Shown here piece by piece: positions 37,984 through 46,854 of a stretch of DNA of 64,000 nt (the stretch's first letter is position 1; the number at the start of each line of letters is the position of its first letter). Made by a program: the position numbers and the translations under genes. The notes beneath the pieces are model-generated. The model saw nothing but the letters and a program-made list of their open reading frames with translations. It was not told the origin of the DNA and ran no database searches. Origin of the DNA: a bacterium (lineage in GTDB: Bacteria; Patescibacteriota; Patescibacteriia; Patescibacteriales; UBA12465); assembly GCA_030696105.1 (NCBI GenBank), contig JAUYNJ010000001.1:134903-198902 (forward strand), given 5' to 3'.

Positions 37984-38010
37984 AAAAAAACCGGGTCAAC
38001 CCGGTTTTTT
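37984..38010. terminator. bidirectional rho-independent terminator
   Basis: aaaaaaaCCGGGTcaACCCGGtttttt. Overlaps the stop codon of the convergent minus-strand gene. Confidence 0.65.
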
Positions 38011-38752
38011 ATATGAATCCTCTTTCTTTACCAACGATTACATTTATCTTTTGTGGAATTATACCCACCTCTGTGGGTAAAGGAATTGTAACTGAATTAT
38101 CGAGGATTAATTCACCCTCTCCGGAAATCTTAATATTATTGCTTGTTAAAAATGTGTTATCCTCACCACGCCCACTGATCACCAGATTTAAATCATTATC
38201 ATAGGGATCAATTCTGTCCTTACAGAATAAATTTAAATCATCGTTAAGGTTAATGATTTTAATTGTAGTTTTTTTAGTAAGCTCAAGGGTGTATTCTTCA
38301 TTAATACTCAGCTGGGCACTGCTACTCGTGATTTCTGCTTTATTTAAGAAGATATTATTACCAGCTATACCAATGTCAATTTTTTTAATACGTCTCGCCA
38401 GCAAGATATTGCAAGCATCTTCCTCTTTTTTTATACCGAGTGAAGTGGCAATTGAATTATTGTCACCGATTGGAATAATTGAAAATAGAACATCTTTCTG
38501 GAAAAAACCGTAGGCTTTGTTGGTTATCATTGCACTAATAACCTTATTTGCCGTTTCATTATTGCCCACCGCAATAATATTTTTTATACCGTTCTTAATT
38601 TCTGCCTGTATTACATCACGGACATTTTTTATAGAGCCTAAACGAATGATCTTGCCATTAAGGCCAAGGTCAGTCAGCCTGATCTCGATACGATTTAAAG
38701 CGCGGCGATAACGGCCCTTATTTAAATAGTCGTCGTAAATGTAAGCATTCAT
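38009..38752 (-). CDS. DAGK_cat/NAD-kinase-like lipid kinase family protein with degenerate GGDGT motif
   Basis: IIAVGNNETANKVISAM (in place of GGDGT) and IIPIGDNNSIATSLGI. Length and layout resemble YegS/BmrU-like kinases. Confidence 0.45.
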   Translation of the reverse strand: MNAYIYDDYLNKGRYRRALNRIEIRLTDLGLNGKIIRLGSIKNVRDVIQAEIKNGIKNIIAVGNNETANKVISAMITNKAYGFFQKDVLFSIIPIGDNNSIATSLGIKKEEDACNILLARRIKKIDIGIAGNNIFLNKAEITSSSAQLSINEEYTLELTKKTTIKIINLNDDLNLFCKDRIDPYDNDLNLVISGRGEDNTFLTSNNIKISGEGELILDNSVTIPLPTEVGIIPQKINVIVGKERGFI

Positions 38753-38766
38753 ACAGCAATTAAGCG

Positions 38767-39168
38767 CTATTCAGCCTCCTCGACAGCTTCAGATTTTTTA
38801 TCAGCTCGTTTAGCATCAGAGGCAGAGACGAGAATTTGACCAGTAATTGAAGCGCCGCGTTCGATGGATATTTCACCACACTGAACGTCACCGGCAATTT
38901 TTGCAGTTTTGCCTATTGCCAAATAGCGACGAGCTTTAATGTTACCACTGATTTCGCCGTTAATTAATGCTTCATTTGCTTCAACGTTGGCATTTACGCG
39001 CGCTTTTTCACCGATGAACACATTAGCCTCAGTTTTTAGGCTACCCTCAAGGAATCCTTCGATGACAATGTCTCCTTTACCATTAAAATTTCCTTTAACG
39101 CGAATCGAAGCACCAATAATTGTTTCGGCGTCTTTCATACGCTCCAATTTGTTGTCTTTGCTAAACAT
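38767..39168 (-). CDS. bactofilin (DUF583) polymer-forming cytoskeletal protein
   Basis: 133 aa with beta-helix repeats (VIEGFLEGSLKTEANVFIGEKARVNANVEA...). A TTGACA-N17-TAAAAT promoter sits at 39254-39282 on the minus strand. Confidence 0.75.
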   Translation of the reverse strand: MFSKDNKLERMKDAETIIGASIRVKGNFNGKGDIVIEGFLEGSLKTEANVFIGEKARVNANVEANEALINGEISGNIKARRYLAIGKTAKIAGDVQCGEISIERGASITGQILVSASDAKRADKKSEAVEEAE

Positions 39169-39253
39169 AAATTTAAATAATCCGGTCCATTAACGAAACG
39201 GATGTGCAATTTAAAAGGCAATGTAAATATAGTTGTTAATTAGAATTGCTTAT

Positions 39254-39282
39254 ATTTTAGTATATATATTGTAAGTTGTCAA
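39254..39282 (-). promoter_or_regulatory. sigma70-type promoter TTGACA-N17-TAAAAT for the bactofilin gene
   Basis: Minus strand: TTGACA 39282-39277, TAAAAT 39259-39254. Confidence 0.4.
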
Positions 39283-39366
39283 AAATTTAGTTAATGTTAT
39301 TGCAATAAGTTCAGAATATAAGGGTTGTAAAAAAAATTAATTTCGGTTATTATTATTCTTGACCTG

Positions 39367-39438
39367 GCCCTTGTAGTTTAATGGATAAAACAAGAATCTC
39401 CTAAGTTCTAGATCCAGGTTCGATTCCTGGCGAGGGCA
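39367..39438 (+). tRNA. tRNA-Arg (anticodon CCT)
   Basis: Acceptor GCCCTTG/CGAGGGC, D-stem GTTT/AAAC, anticodon loop CTCCTAA, T-arm CCAGG-TTCGATT-CCTGG. Confidence 0.85.
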
Positions 39439-39511
39439 CCCACTTGCCTATTGACAAATATAGATAATTATAGTGTTAAGTAACAATCCACCGTTCTTCG
39501 CAGAACATTAT

Positions 39512-39585
39512 GGGCCATTAGCTCAGTTGGCTAGAGCGCTTCCATGGCATGGAAGAGGTCAAGGGTTCAAGTCCCTTATGGTCCA
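39512..39585 (+). tRNA. tRNA-Ala (anticodon GGC)
   Basis: Acceptor GGGCCAT/ATGGTCC with the G3:U70 alanine identity pair. Anticodon loop ATGGCAT. T-arm AAGGG-TTCAAGT-CCCTT. Confidence 0.9.
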
Positions 39586-39589
39586 CACT

Positions 39590-39619
39590 AAGAAAGACTT
39601 TTATAGTCTTTCTTTTTTT
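39590..39619 (+). terminator. rho-independent terminator after tRNA-Ala
   Basis: AAGAAAGACTtttatAGTCTTTCTTttttttg. Confidence 0.6.
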
Positions 39620-39655
39620 GTACTTAAACCACATTTATCTCGTCATCGACAGTTT

Positions 39656-39671
39656 TGTTCTACGCAGAACA
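39656..39671. repeat. palindrome unit 2 (TGTTCTACGCAGAACA)
   Basis: Seen directly in the sequence. Confidence 0.7.
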
Positions 39672-39767
39672 ACCTAAAGGAGCCATCTACCTCGACAAGT
39701 GACGCAATTATACAATAATAAACACCAAATTATTAACTCAGAGCACTTAAATAGCTACTAACAGCAT

Positions 39768-39783
39768 TGTTCTGTGCAGAACA
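39768..39783. repeat. palindrome unit 3 (TGTTCTGTGCAGAACA)
   Basis: Seen directly in the sequence. Confidence 0.7.
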
Positions 39784-39973
39784 CCGGTCAATATCAAGTA
39801 AATTATATTTTTTATGGCTATTTAAAAGCGTTGGCATGATAAATTCCTGCCAAATTATTCTAGCGGCGCCACTATTTGATTTCTCGTTAAATTATCAATG
39901 CGCTGTCAGCAAATATGGGCAGCAAAGCAATCCTTGTTCGTTGTTTGATGATTAAGATCTATTTTATCTGCGT

Positions 39974-39989
39974 TGTTCTACACAGAACA
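39974..39989. repeat. palindrome unit 4 (TGTTCTACACAGAACA)
   Basis: Seen directly in the sequence. Confidence 0.7.
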
Positions 39990-40191
39990 ACACTATAAAT
40001 CATCATCGTGCGTTTAATGTACGAGCTATGAGATAGCAGCAGAGATCTAAATATCTAGCGACTTATTATTCGTCGAACAAGTTAAAGCTATATATTGGCG
40101 TAATTAATTCTGCTTTGCTAAATAACTTATTCTTATATGCAAAATAATTACTTGCGAATAGTGTTCTGTTAACGTTAATATCCTTAGATTT

Positions 40192-40207
40192 TGTTCTTTA
40201 CAGAACA
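40192..40207. repeat. palindrome unit 5 (TGTTCTTTACAGAACA)
   Basis: Seen directly in the sequence. Confidence 0.7.
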
Positions 40208-40269
40208 AGCTCTAGAAATAATATCATCTTCTAGGACTTGCACCTGAAACTATTTTGTGTGCAAGCAAT

Positions 40270-40285
40270 TGTTCCACAAAGAACA
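40270..40285. repeat. palindrome unit 6 (TGTTCCACAAAGAACA)
   Basis: Seen directly in the sequence. TGTTCCACA is also 7/9 to the DnaA box TTATCCACA. Confidence 0.7.
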
Positions 40286-40391
40286 AAGCTAATACAGCTG
40301 TAAATCCTAATAAGACAATTAATCACACGCCAAGTGGGGGTTAGATACAGTCATTAATGGGCTTGTGGAATTTATCTATAATAAATATAAC

Positions 40392-40407
40392 TGTTCTGCG
40401 TAGAACA
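40392..40407. repeat. palindrome unit 7 (TGTTCTGCGTAGAACA)
   Basis: Seen directly in the sequence. Confidence 0.7.
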
Positions 40408-40444
40408 TCCGTAGTATTAGGGACAATAAAGGCTGAGGAGGTGC

Positions 40445-40460
40445 TGTTCCGCGTAGAACA
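40445..40460. repeat. palindrome unit 8 (TGTTCCGCGTAGAACA)
   Basis: Seen directly in the sequence. Confidence 0.7.
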
Positions 40461-40587
40461 CTGTTTTTATTACTAACATTAAACAAATACTATAAAAGTA
40501 TGCTAAAATTAGCGCAATATTGAAGCTTTGCTTTTTAAATATTTAAACACTATAATATTAGTATTGAAATTAAAAATTAAACTAAAT

Positions 40588-41517
40588 ATGTACGACACAA
40601 TTATTATTGGTCAGGGACCAGCAGGCATCACTGCCGGCATATACGCAGTGCGCCGCGAGATGAAGACGCTCATTATTGGCAAGGAGCCAGGCGGGCAAAT
40701 AATTTGGGCTAGCGATATCGAAAATTATCCGGGCTTCGTCAGTATAACTAACTTTGAGTTGATTGATAGATTTAATGAGCACGCTATTAAGTCTGGGGTA
40801 GAAATAAAAAACACCACCGTCACTAGCTTACTTAAAAAGGATGACGGCACTTTTGTTGTAACTACAGAGGCGGGCGATTTCGAAGCCAAAACTGTTATTA
40901 TTACCATGGGGCTAGCACCGCGCCGCTTATCAGTACCTGGGGAAATGGAGTTAAGTGGGCGCGGCGTTTCCTACTGTGCTAACTGTGACGGGCCTTTATA
41001 TAAAGGTAAGACCGTGGCTGTTGTTGGTAGTGGCAACTCTGCTTTTGACGCTGCTGAGGTTATGTCAAAAATTGCTGAGAAAGTATATCTCGTAATTCGA
41101 AGCAGTACTTATAAAGCCTTTGACGCCTTAGTGAAAGAAGTGCAATCAAGACCAAATATCGAAATACTTATGGAGGCAAAAACCGTTGAAATAAAGGGCG
41201 AAGCAAAGGTTGAGGCGTTAATATACGAGAATACCAAGCAGGAAAAAATTACCTTACCACTCGAAGGTGTATTTGTAGAAATTGGACGTATTGCAAGCAC
41301 AGATTTGTTAAAAGATTTTGTTGAGCGTGATGAGCAGGGGCAGCTTTTAGCGGATGATAAACAAGAAACAAAAACGCCTGGTTTATTTGCTGCAGGCGAC
41401 GTTGTGCACAGTGAATACAAACAGATAACTATTGCGATGGGGCAAGCAACAGTAGCCGCCTTGTCTGCTTATCAATACATACAGAAGCAAGAGACAAAAA
41501 AACACGAAGTGAAATAA
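40588..41517 (+). CDS. trxB: thioredoxin-disulfide reductase
   Basis: FAD motif IIIGQGPAGITAGIYA, redox-active CANCDG, and NADPH motif VAVVGSGNSA. The start is at ATG 40588 (MYDTIIIG). Confidence 0.9.
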   Translation: MYDTIIIGQGPAGITAGIYAVRREMKTLIIGKEPGGQIIWASDIENYPGFVSITNFELIDRFNEHAIKSGVEIKNTTVTSLLKKDDGTFVVTTEAGDFEAKTVIITMGLAPRRLSVPGEMELSGRGVSYCANCDGPLYKGKTVAVVGSGNSAFDAAEVMSKIAEKVYLVIRSSTYKAFDALVKEVQSRPNIEILMEAKTVEIKGEAKVEALIYENTKQEKITLPLEGVFVEIGRIASTDLLKDFVERDEQGQLLADDKQETKTPGLFAAGDVVHSEYKQITIAMGQATVAALSAYQYIQKQETKKHEVK

Positions 41518-41530
41518 TTTAAAACAATAA

Positions 41531-41558
41531 AATCGCCCTTTCAGGGGCGATTTTTTTA
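41531..41558 (+). terminator. rho-independent terminator after trxB
   Basis: aATCGCCCtttcaGGGGCGATttttttat. Confidence 0.55.
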
Positions 41559-41596
41559 TAGTATAATGAAGGTGATTATATATTTAAATAAAACCT

Positions 41597-42874
41597 ATGA
41601 ATAATAAGATTCACCTTGTCGCGGTTGATATGGGCTATGGTCACCAGCGTGCCGCTTATCCATTACTAGAACTAAGTCGAGAAGGAGCGCTTAATTTAAA
41701 TGATTACGAAGGGGTTGAAAATTGGGAAAAATCATACTGGTTGAAATCTCAAAAAACCTACGAAAAAATATCATACTTCAAACGAATTCCAGTTCTCGGG
41801 TCTTTAGTTTTTAAGGCGATGGATTATTTCCAGCAGATTGATAAGTTTTATCCTCGTCGTGATTTATCACCGATGACACTGCAGCAAAAAATGTTTTTTA
41901 GTGCCATCAAGAAAGGTGTGAGCCGTGGGTTGATTGAACGCTTAACTAAGGAGCCCTTACCATTCGTAACCAGTTTTTTTGTAGCTGCTTATGGTGCTGA
42001 GCATTATAATTATCCAGGCGACATTTATTGTATAGTTTGTGACGCTGATATTTCGCGTGCTTGGGCGCCTATTGATCCTAAGAATAGTCGCATCAAGTAT
42101 TTTGCGCCCAATGAAAGGGGACGTGAGCGCCTTAAACAATATGGTGTACCAGTAAATAATATAATAGTAACTGGTTTTCCATTACCCCTAGAAAACATCG
42201 GTGAAAATGATGAAATTATTAAAAGCGATTTAGGAAAAAGAATTGTATCGCTCGACCCGCTTAACATTTTTCGGAAAACGTACGAAAATTATCTTAAAGA
42301 TAACCTTGAGTTGCCGTTAGACTCAGGACGTCCTCTCACCGTTACTTTTGCGGTTGGCGGAGCTGGTGCACAACGCGAAATTGGTAGTCAAATAATTACT
42401 AAACTACAATCACACATCAAAGAAGGAAATATAAAAATGAATTTAATAGCAGGAAGTCGTGAGGATGTGCGTGATCACTTTAAAAAAACTCTAACTGAGA
42501 TCGGTTTAGAAAATAATCAGAATGCGCGTATTATTTATCATCCGCAAAAAATGGAATACTTCCGACAGTTTAATGAATGTATCCGGGAGACTGATGTATT
42601 ATGGACAAAGCCATCAGAGCTTAGTTTCTACTCAGGTTTAGGATTGCCAATTATTATGTCGGAACCAGTAGGATCGCAAGAGCACTTTAACCGCGAGTGG
42701 CTAATATCTATCGGGGCTGGCTTAGATAGTCCTGATCCGGAATACGTAGCTGAATGGTTGCTTGACTGGCGCCTGGATGGGCGCTTAGCAAGAGCTGCTT
42801 TTAATGCTTATTTAAACGCGCCAAGAGATGGAGTAGTAAATATTAAGAAAGCCTTATTTAATGAAAACCTATGA
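41597..42874 (+). CDS. MGDG-synthase-like (GT28-type) glycosyltransferase
   Basis: The N-terminal VAVDMGYGHQRAAYPLLEL matches the MGDG_synth / UgtP-type G-x-GHxxAAxAL motif. 425 aa. Confidence 0.5.
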   Translation: MNNKIHLVAVDMGYGHQRAAYPLLELSREGALNLNDYEGVENWEKSYWLKSQKTYEKISYFKRIPVLGSLVFKAMDYFQQIDKFYPRRDLSPMTLQQKMFFSAIKKGVSRGLIERLTKEPLPFVTSFFVAAYGAEHYNYPGDIYCIVCDADISRAWAPIDPKNSRIKYFAPNERGRERLKQYGVPVNNIIVTGFPLPLENIGENDEIIKSDLGKRIVSLDPLNIFRKTYENYLKDNLELPLDSGRPLTVTFAVGGAGAQREIGSQIITKLQSHIKEGNIKMNLIAGSREDVRDHFKKTLTEIGLENNQNARIIYHPQKMEYFRQFNECIRETDVLWTKPSELSFYSGLGLPIIMSEPVGSQEHFNREWLISIGAGLDSPDPEYVAEWLLDWRLDGRLARAAFNAYLNAPRDGVVNIKKALFNENL

Positions 42875-43809
42875 GTTGGATAATTGTTGCTTTTGCTGCA
42901 TACTTCTTATTAGCCATCGCAAATTTAGTAGACAAATATTTAGTAGAAAAAGTCGTTGGCAGCGCGCGCGCCTATACTTTTGTCGCCTGTGTTTTAGGCG
43001 CAGTCGTATTTGTGGCTGCCCCCTGGGTATTAGAGTGGCCAGGTTGGCAAGGCTTATTATATAATGTTATTCTAGGCGGCATATTCGCTGCCGCCTTGTT
43101 ACTACTCTTTGCGTCGCTCAGAAGAGGAGAAGCTTCAAGAGCTTTAGTAGTTATTGGCGGTTCAACGCCGGTGTTTACAATACCGCTCGCTTTTTTAATT
43201 CTAGGCGATCGAATTCCGTCAGGCGAGCTCATGGCTATAGGCTTTTTAATCGCTGGCGTCGCCGTGGTAGCACTGTTGCCTAGCCAAAAACCAAGCCTAT
43301 GGTCAAAAATTGTGGGTATGGTTAAGAAAAGACCTTCAACCAAAACAAGTATTGCCCTGGCTCTTGCCTCCGGTTTAGCTTACTCCCTGTTCTTTGTCGG
43401 CAGTAAGTATGTATATCAGGACCAATCGTTTTTGAGCGCCTTTCTCTGGATGCGTCTTGGTGCGGCAATGTTTGCTTCACTACTGCTTATTTCCCCTCGC
43501 GCACAGCAAGAGGTGAAGGCTCTGTTTACACGCAAGCCGGGAAGTAAGCGCAATCAAGGATTGGTGGTGGGCAATCAGGTACTTGGTGCTCTCGGTTTCA
43601 TCTTACAAAACTATGCTGTATTTCTCGGGCCAGTTGCTTTAGTGAACGCTTTACAGGGTGTGCAGTATGCCTGGATAATTGTGCTTGGTGCTCTTGTTAC
43701 TGTCTTTAGGCCAGATATTCTTAAAGAGGATATCAGCTGGCGGGCATTAACTCAAAAAGGTCTTGCGATTTTACTTATTGGTATTGGTTTATATCTTTTA
43801 GCGGTATGA
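42871..43809 (+). CDS. DMT/EamA-family transporter
   Basis: 312 aa with about 10 TM helices in two halves. ATGA overlap with the upstream gene. Confidence 0.55.
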   Translation: MSWIIVAFAAYFLLAIANLVDKYLVEKVVGSARAYTFVACVLGAVVFVAAPWVLEWPGWQGLLYNVILGGIFAAALLLLFASLRRGEASRALVVIGGSTPVFTIPLAFLILGDRIPSGELMAIGFLIAGVAVVALLPSQKPSLWSKIVGMVKKRPSTKTSIALALASGLAYSLFFVGSKYVYQDQSFLSAFLWMRLGAAMFASLLLISPRAQQEVKALFTRKPGSKRNQGLVVGNQVLGALGFILQNYAVFLGPVALVNALQGVQYAWIIVLGALVTVFRPDILKEDISWRALTQKGLAILLIGIGLYLLAV

Positions 43810-44807
43810 AATTAAAAATGAAAATATTTTGGCTCGTCTTAATTGTGCTAGCGGTGAGCCTAGTCTTAATCATGAAAATTTTTAACTACAGTCGAGAGAA
43901 TCTCGTTATTGAGCGAAACCCAGAATTTTTTGGCGTCACTTACTCAAAAAAGTATGCTCAAGGGATTGGCTTAAACTGGCGTGAAACCTATATCGCAATT
44001 CTTGACGATTTAAAAGTTAAGCATTTACGCCTGCCAATCTATTGGGATGAAATTGAAAAAGAAAAAGGCGTATTTGATTATAGCGACTATGACTACATGA
44101 TTTCTGAGGGATTAAAGCGTAATGTGCATTTTGTCATCAATATCGGCTGGCGCCTACCTCGTTGGCCAGAGTGTCATGCTCCCGCTTGGACGAATCAGGA
44201 GAGTATTTCTGATATTCAGGAGGACACCTTGCACATGATAGAAAAAACTGTTAAAAGATATCAGGACAATCCGGCAATCATGTATTGGCAAATCGAGAAT
44301 GAGCCATTTTTGAATACATTCGGTATTTGCCCCCCAAGTGATGAGGAATTTTTTGCTCGTGAAATTGCGTTGGTAAGATCGTTAGATAAAAGACCTATTA
44401 TCGTTTCTGGGCCCGGTGAGCTTAATATGTGGCGCAAAGAAGCAAAATACGGGGATATATTTGGAACCACCATGTACCGCGTCATCTGGAACCCAATGAT
44501 TGGCTACCTGCGTTACCCAATTCCAACCTGGTATTATCCGCTGAAAGCTTGGTTTGTTGGTATTCCACCTGAAAAACGCATCATTGCTGAACTACAGGCA
44601 GAACCATGGGTACCTCAGGGCAAAATTATATACTTATCAAAAAGCGAGGCTGACTATTCATTTAATGTTGATCAATTCAAAGCGAATTTAAATTACGCGC
44701 AGAAAACAAAATTCAAAAAAGCGTACCTTTGGGGTGTTGAATGGTGGTACTGGCAGTATAAACACGACGATCCTGCTTTTTGGGAATTAGCGCGCACCCT
44801 TTTCTAG
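43806..44807 (+). CDS. membrane-anchored TIM-barrel glycoside hydrolase-like protein (IENEP motif)
   Basis: N-terminal TM anchor. MYWQIENEPF is the catalytic acid/base NEP motif of clan GH-A hydrolases. ATGA overlap with the upstream gene. Confidence 0.45.
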   Translation: MKLKMKIFWLVLIVLAVSLVLIMKIFNYSRENLVIERNPEFFGVTYSKKYAQGIGLNWRETYIAILDDLKVKHLRLPIYWDEIEKEKGVFDYSDYDYMISEGLKRNVHFVINIGWRLPRWPECHAPAWTNQESISDIQEDTLHMIEKTVKRYQDNPAIMYWQIENEPFLNTFGICPPSDEEFFAREIALVRSLDKRPIIVSGPGELNMWRKEAKYGDIFGTTMYRVIWNPMIGYLRYPIPTWYYPLKAWFVGIPPEKRIIAELQAEPWVPQGKIIYLSKSEADYSFNVDQFKANLNYAQKTKFKKAYLWGVEWWYWQYKHDDPAFWELARTLF

Positions 44808-44811
44808 TAAT

Positions 44812-45513
44812 ATGTTATCGATAGTTATACCGACTCTAAATGAAGAAAAGTATTTACCTCTACTGCTTGAAGCTATCAAGAAGCAGGGTTTTTCTGACTA
44901 TGAAGTTATAGTTTCAGACGGCAAGTCAGAGGATAAAACAATTAGTATAGCCTTTAATGCTGGCTGTAGAGTGGTTGAGGATGAAGGGCGTTCGCCGGCA
45001 AGACAGCGAAACTTAGGCGCGCAGGTTGCTAAGGGCGACACCATATTATTTTTAGATGCGGATTCACTCTTGCCCGACGACTTTCTGCCCGCCGCCTATA
45101 AGGAGTTTAGAAAAAAAAATTTAAGCGCTGCGGGTTTCTATTTGCACTTCAATTCCCCTAAACGTGTTTATCGTTTTATTGAGCCCGCTTTTCGTATTAT
45201 GAGTTATCTGGGTCAGTACTTTTTTCCAGCCTCCGTCGGCGTAGGGATTATGGCGTCAAAAATTGCTCATGATACGATTAAAGGTTTTGACGAGAGCATC
45301 TATATTGGCGAGGATTATGATTATATTAATCGCCTTGCCGGTGTCGGTAAGTACCGAATGATTGCGAGTACGTTCCTCTATTTTTCGGTGCGTCGCTTAG
45401 AAAAAGAGGGGGTCGCGCCGGTACTTTGGAAATGGTTTGTGGGTGGGATCTATTTTATCATCAGGGGACCGATACGGAAGAAAATTGTGAAGTATGAGTT
45501 TGGGAAATACTAA
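44812..45513 (+). CDS. family 2 glycosyltransferase (GT-A fold)
   Basis: MLSIVIPTLNEEKYLPLLLEAI and DxD-like FLDADS. Confidence 0.75.
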   Translation: MLSIVIPTLNEEKYLPLLLEAIKKQGFSDYEVIVSDGKSEDKTISIAFNAGCRVVEDEGRSPARQRNLGAQVAKGDTILFLDADSLLPDDFLPAAYKEFRKKNLSAAGFYLHFNSPKRVYRFIEPAFRIMSYLGQYFFPASVGVGIMASKIAHDTIKGFDESIYIGEDYDYINRLAGVGKYRMIASTFLYFSVRRLEKEGVAPVLWKWFVGGIYFIIRGPIRKKIVKYEFGKY

Positions 45514-45541
45514 AAAACAGCCATAAAGTGGCTGTTTTTTG
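45513..45541. terminator. rho-independent terminator
   Basis: aaaaaACAGCCATaaagtGGCTGTtttttt. Confidence 0.6.
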
Positions 45542-45553
45542 ATATATTGTGTG

Positions 45554-45625
45554 AGCGGGTAAACGGAATCGAACCGTCATCCTCAGCTTGGAAGGCTGAT
45601 ATAATAACCATTATACGATACCCGC
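45554..45625 (-). tRNA. tRNA-Gly (anticodon TCC)
   Basis: Acceptor GCGGGTA/TACCCGC, anticodon stem TCAGC/GCTGA with loop CTTCCAA, T-arm GACGG-TTCGATT-CCGTT. Confidence 0.85.
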
Positions 45626-45672
45626 GCTTACTCAAACTTCATAATAAGAGATTTTAAGGTAGTAGTCAAATA

Positions 45673-46854
45673 TTAACGCGTGTCTTTAATGATGTATAAA
45701 AACAGGAAGCCAGAGGACATTAATAAGGCAATGAAAATAAAAAGATACTCGAGTGGGTAGAACAAGAGCACAATAGCGGCTAAGCCAGTTCCCACTAAAT
45801 ACCCAAGAGGAGAAGCTGTTCTAAAAAAATTAATATAAGGCACATCGTCGGCGGCCACAAGCTTGAAAAAGTATGACTCTCTCATAGCCTCGATTAAAGC
45901 CGCGCCAACACGGCTCAGAAATAATAAGCCGCCCCAAATCCAAATGTCGGGAGTTTTTATGGCAAAAAATAAAAACAAGGCGAGAATAATTATTCCTAGG
46001 CCGATGCCTAGCATTTCTTTTTCTCCAAAATACTTGTCGGCCAGATAACCGGCTGGAATTTCTATAAGAAGGAACGGCAATAACATAAAAGAAAACATTA
46101 TACCGAGAACAGCCCAGGAGAAACCAAGATTTTGGTGAAGATAAATTGGAATATAAACAACCGCACTACTGAAAAAAATACTGAGTAATAGAGAAATAAA
46201 ATAAATACCGCGCAAATTCTTATTTTTCCATAAACCCTTAATTGTTTTTACAATCGAAGCAGTTTTATAGCGATGTGAGTCTTTAAAGCGTCGTCGATAA
46301 TTAATCAGTAAAGCAAAAAAAGGAACTAAAAATATTGCTGCTATAATAAATACCCAGTAGTAACCGGCACGCTGAACTAAGACACTAGACAAGAAGGGGG
46401 CTAAAATCCAACCAAGATTAATGGCGGTAAAATATATAGTTCTTGTTCTGCCGGTTGAGGCATCTTCGGAAAATTTCTCAACCAACAAATCCATGTTAAT
46501 CCAGATCAAGTTGCTAACGACACTAAGTAAAATGAAGGAGGCAAAAATCGCTATAAAATTGGTTGCCAGACTCATTCCCAGCAGAGATAAAACAAAGAGA
46601 AAAAGGTTTACCTCAGTTGTAACAAGATTGCCAAAACGCTTAATTAAGCGTGGAAAATAAATAATAGCGAAAACAGCTATAAGGTTAGCGACGGCAAAGA
46701 AGATGCTAATCCAGGTAATGGAAAGCATTGTTCCTAGATAGTTTGACTGGATGTATGCCGGCAGTGCATTAGCAATTGCTAAAATTGTGCCCAAAATGTA
46801 AAGGAGGACAAGGTTTTGTTTAGGGTTGTTGCGATGGAATAAACGGATTTTCAT
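45673..46854 (-). CDS. MFS transporter
   Basis: 393 aa with 12 TM helices in a 6+6 arrangement. Confidence 0.65.
   Translation of the reverse strand: MKIRLFHRNNPKQNLVLLYILGTILAIANALPAYIQSNYLGTMLSITWISIFFAVANLIAVFAIIYFPRLIKRFGNLVTTEVNLFLFVLSLLGMSLATNFIAIFASFILLSVVSNLIWINMDLLVEKFSEDASTGRTRTIYFTAINLGWILAPFLSSVLVQRAGYYWVFIIAAIFLVPFFALLINYRRRFKDSHRYKTASIVKTIKGLWKNKNLRGIYFISLLLSIFFSSAVVYIPIYLHQNLGFSWAVLGIMFSFMLLPFLLIEIPAGYLADKYFGEKEMLGIGLGIIILALFLFFAIKTPDIWIWGGLLFLSRVGAALIEAMRESYFFKLVAADDVPYINFFRTASPLGYLVGTGLAAIVLLFYPLEYLFIFIALLMSSGFLFLYIIKDTR

Larger units (their letters stand above)
39492..40460. repeat. array of eight imperfect 16-bp palindromes TGTTCYNNNNRGAACA in an ORF-free roughly 1-kb stretch
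   Basis: Copies read directly from the sequence: 39492-39507 cGTTCTTCGCAGAACa; 39656-39671 TGTTCTACGCAGAACA; 39768-39783 TGTTCTGTGCAGAACA; 39974-39989 TGTTCTACACAGAACA; 40192-40207 TGTTCTTTACAGAACA; 40270-40285 TGTTCCACAAAGAACA; 40392-40407 TGTTCTGCGTAGAACA; 40445-40460 TGTTCCGCGTAGAACA. Centre-to-centre spacings run from 53 to 218 bp and are irregular. Confidence 0.75.

Noticed and set aside
39473-39955. Plus-strand ORFs 39473-39718 and 39767-39955 inside the palindrome region
   Set aside because: The first runs straight through tRNA-Ala and its terminator. Neither has a ribosome-binding site, and their sequences look random.
39492-40460. Whether the palindrome array is a CRISPR array
   Set aside because: The units are 14-16-bp imperfect palindromes, not 24-48-bp identical repeats. 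Spacing is irregular at 53-218 bp, and no cas genes are nearby.
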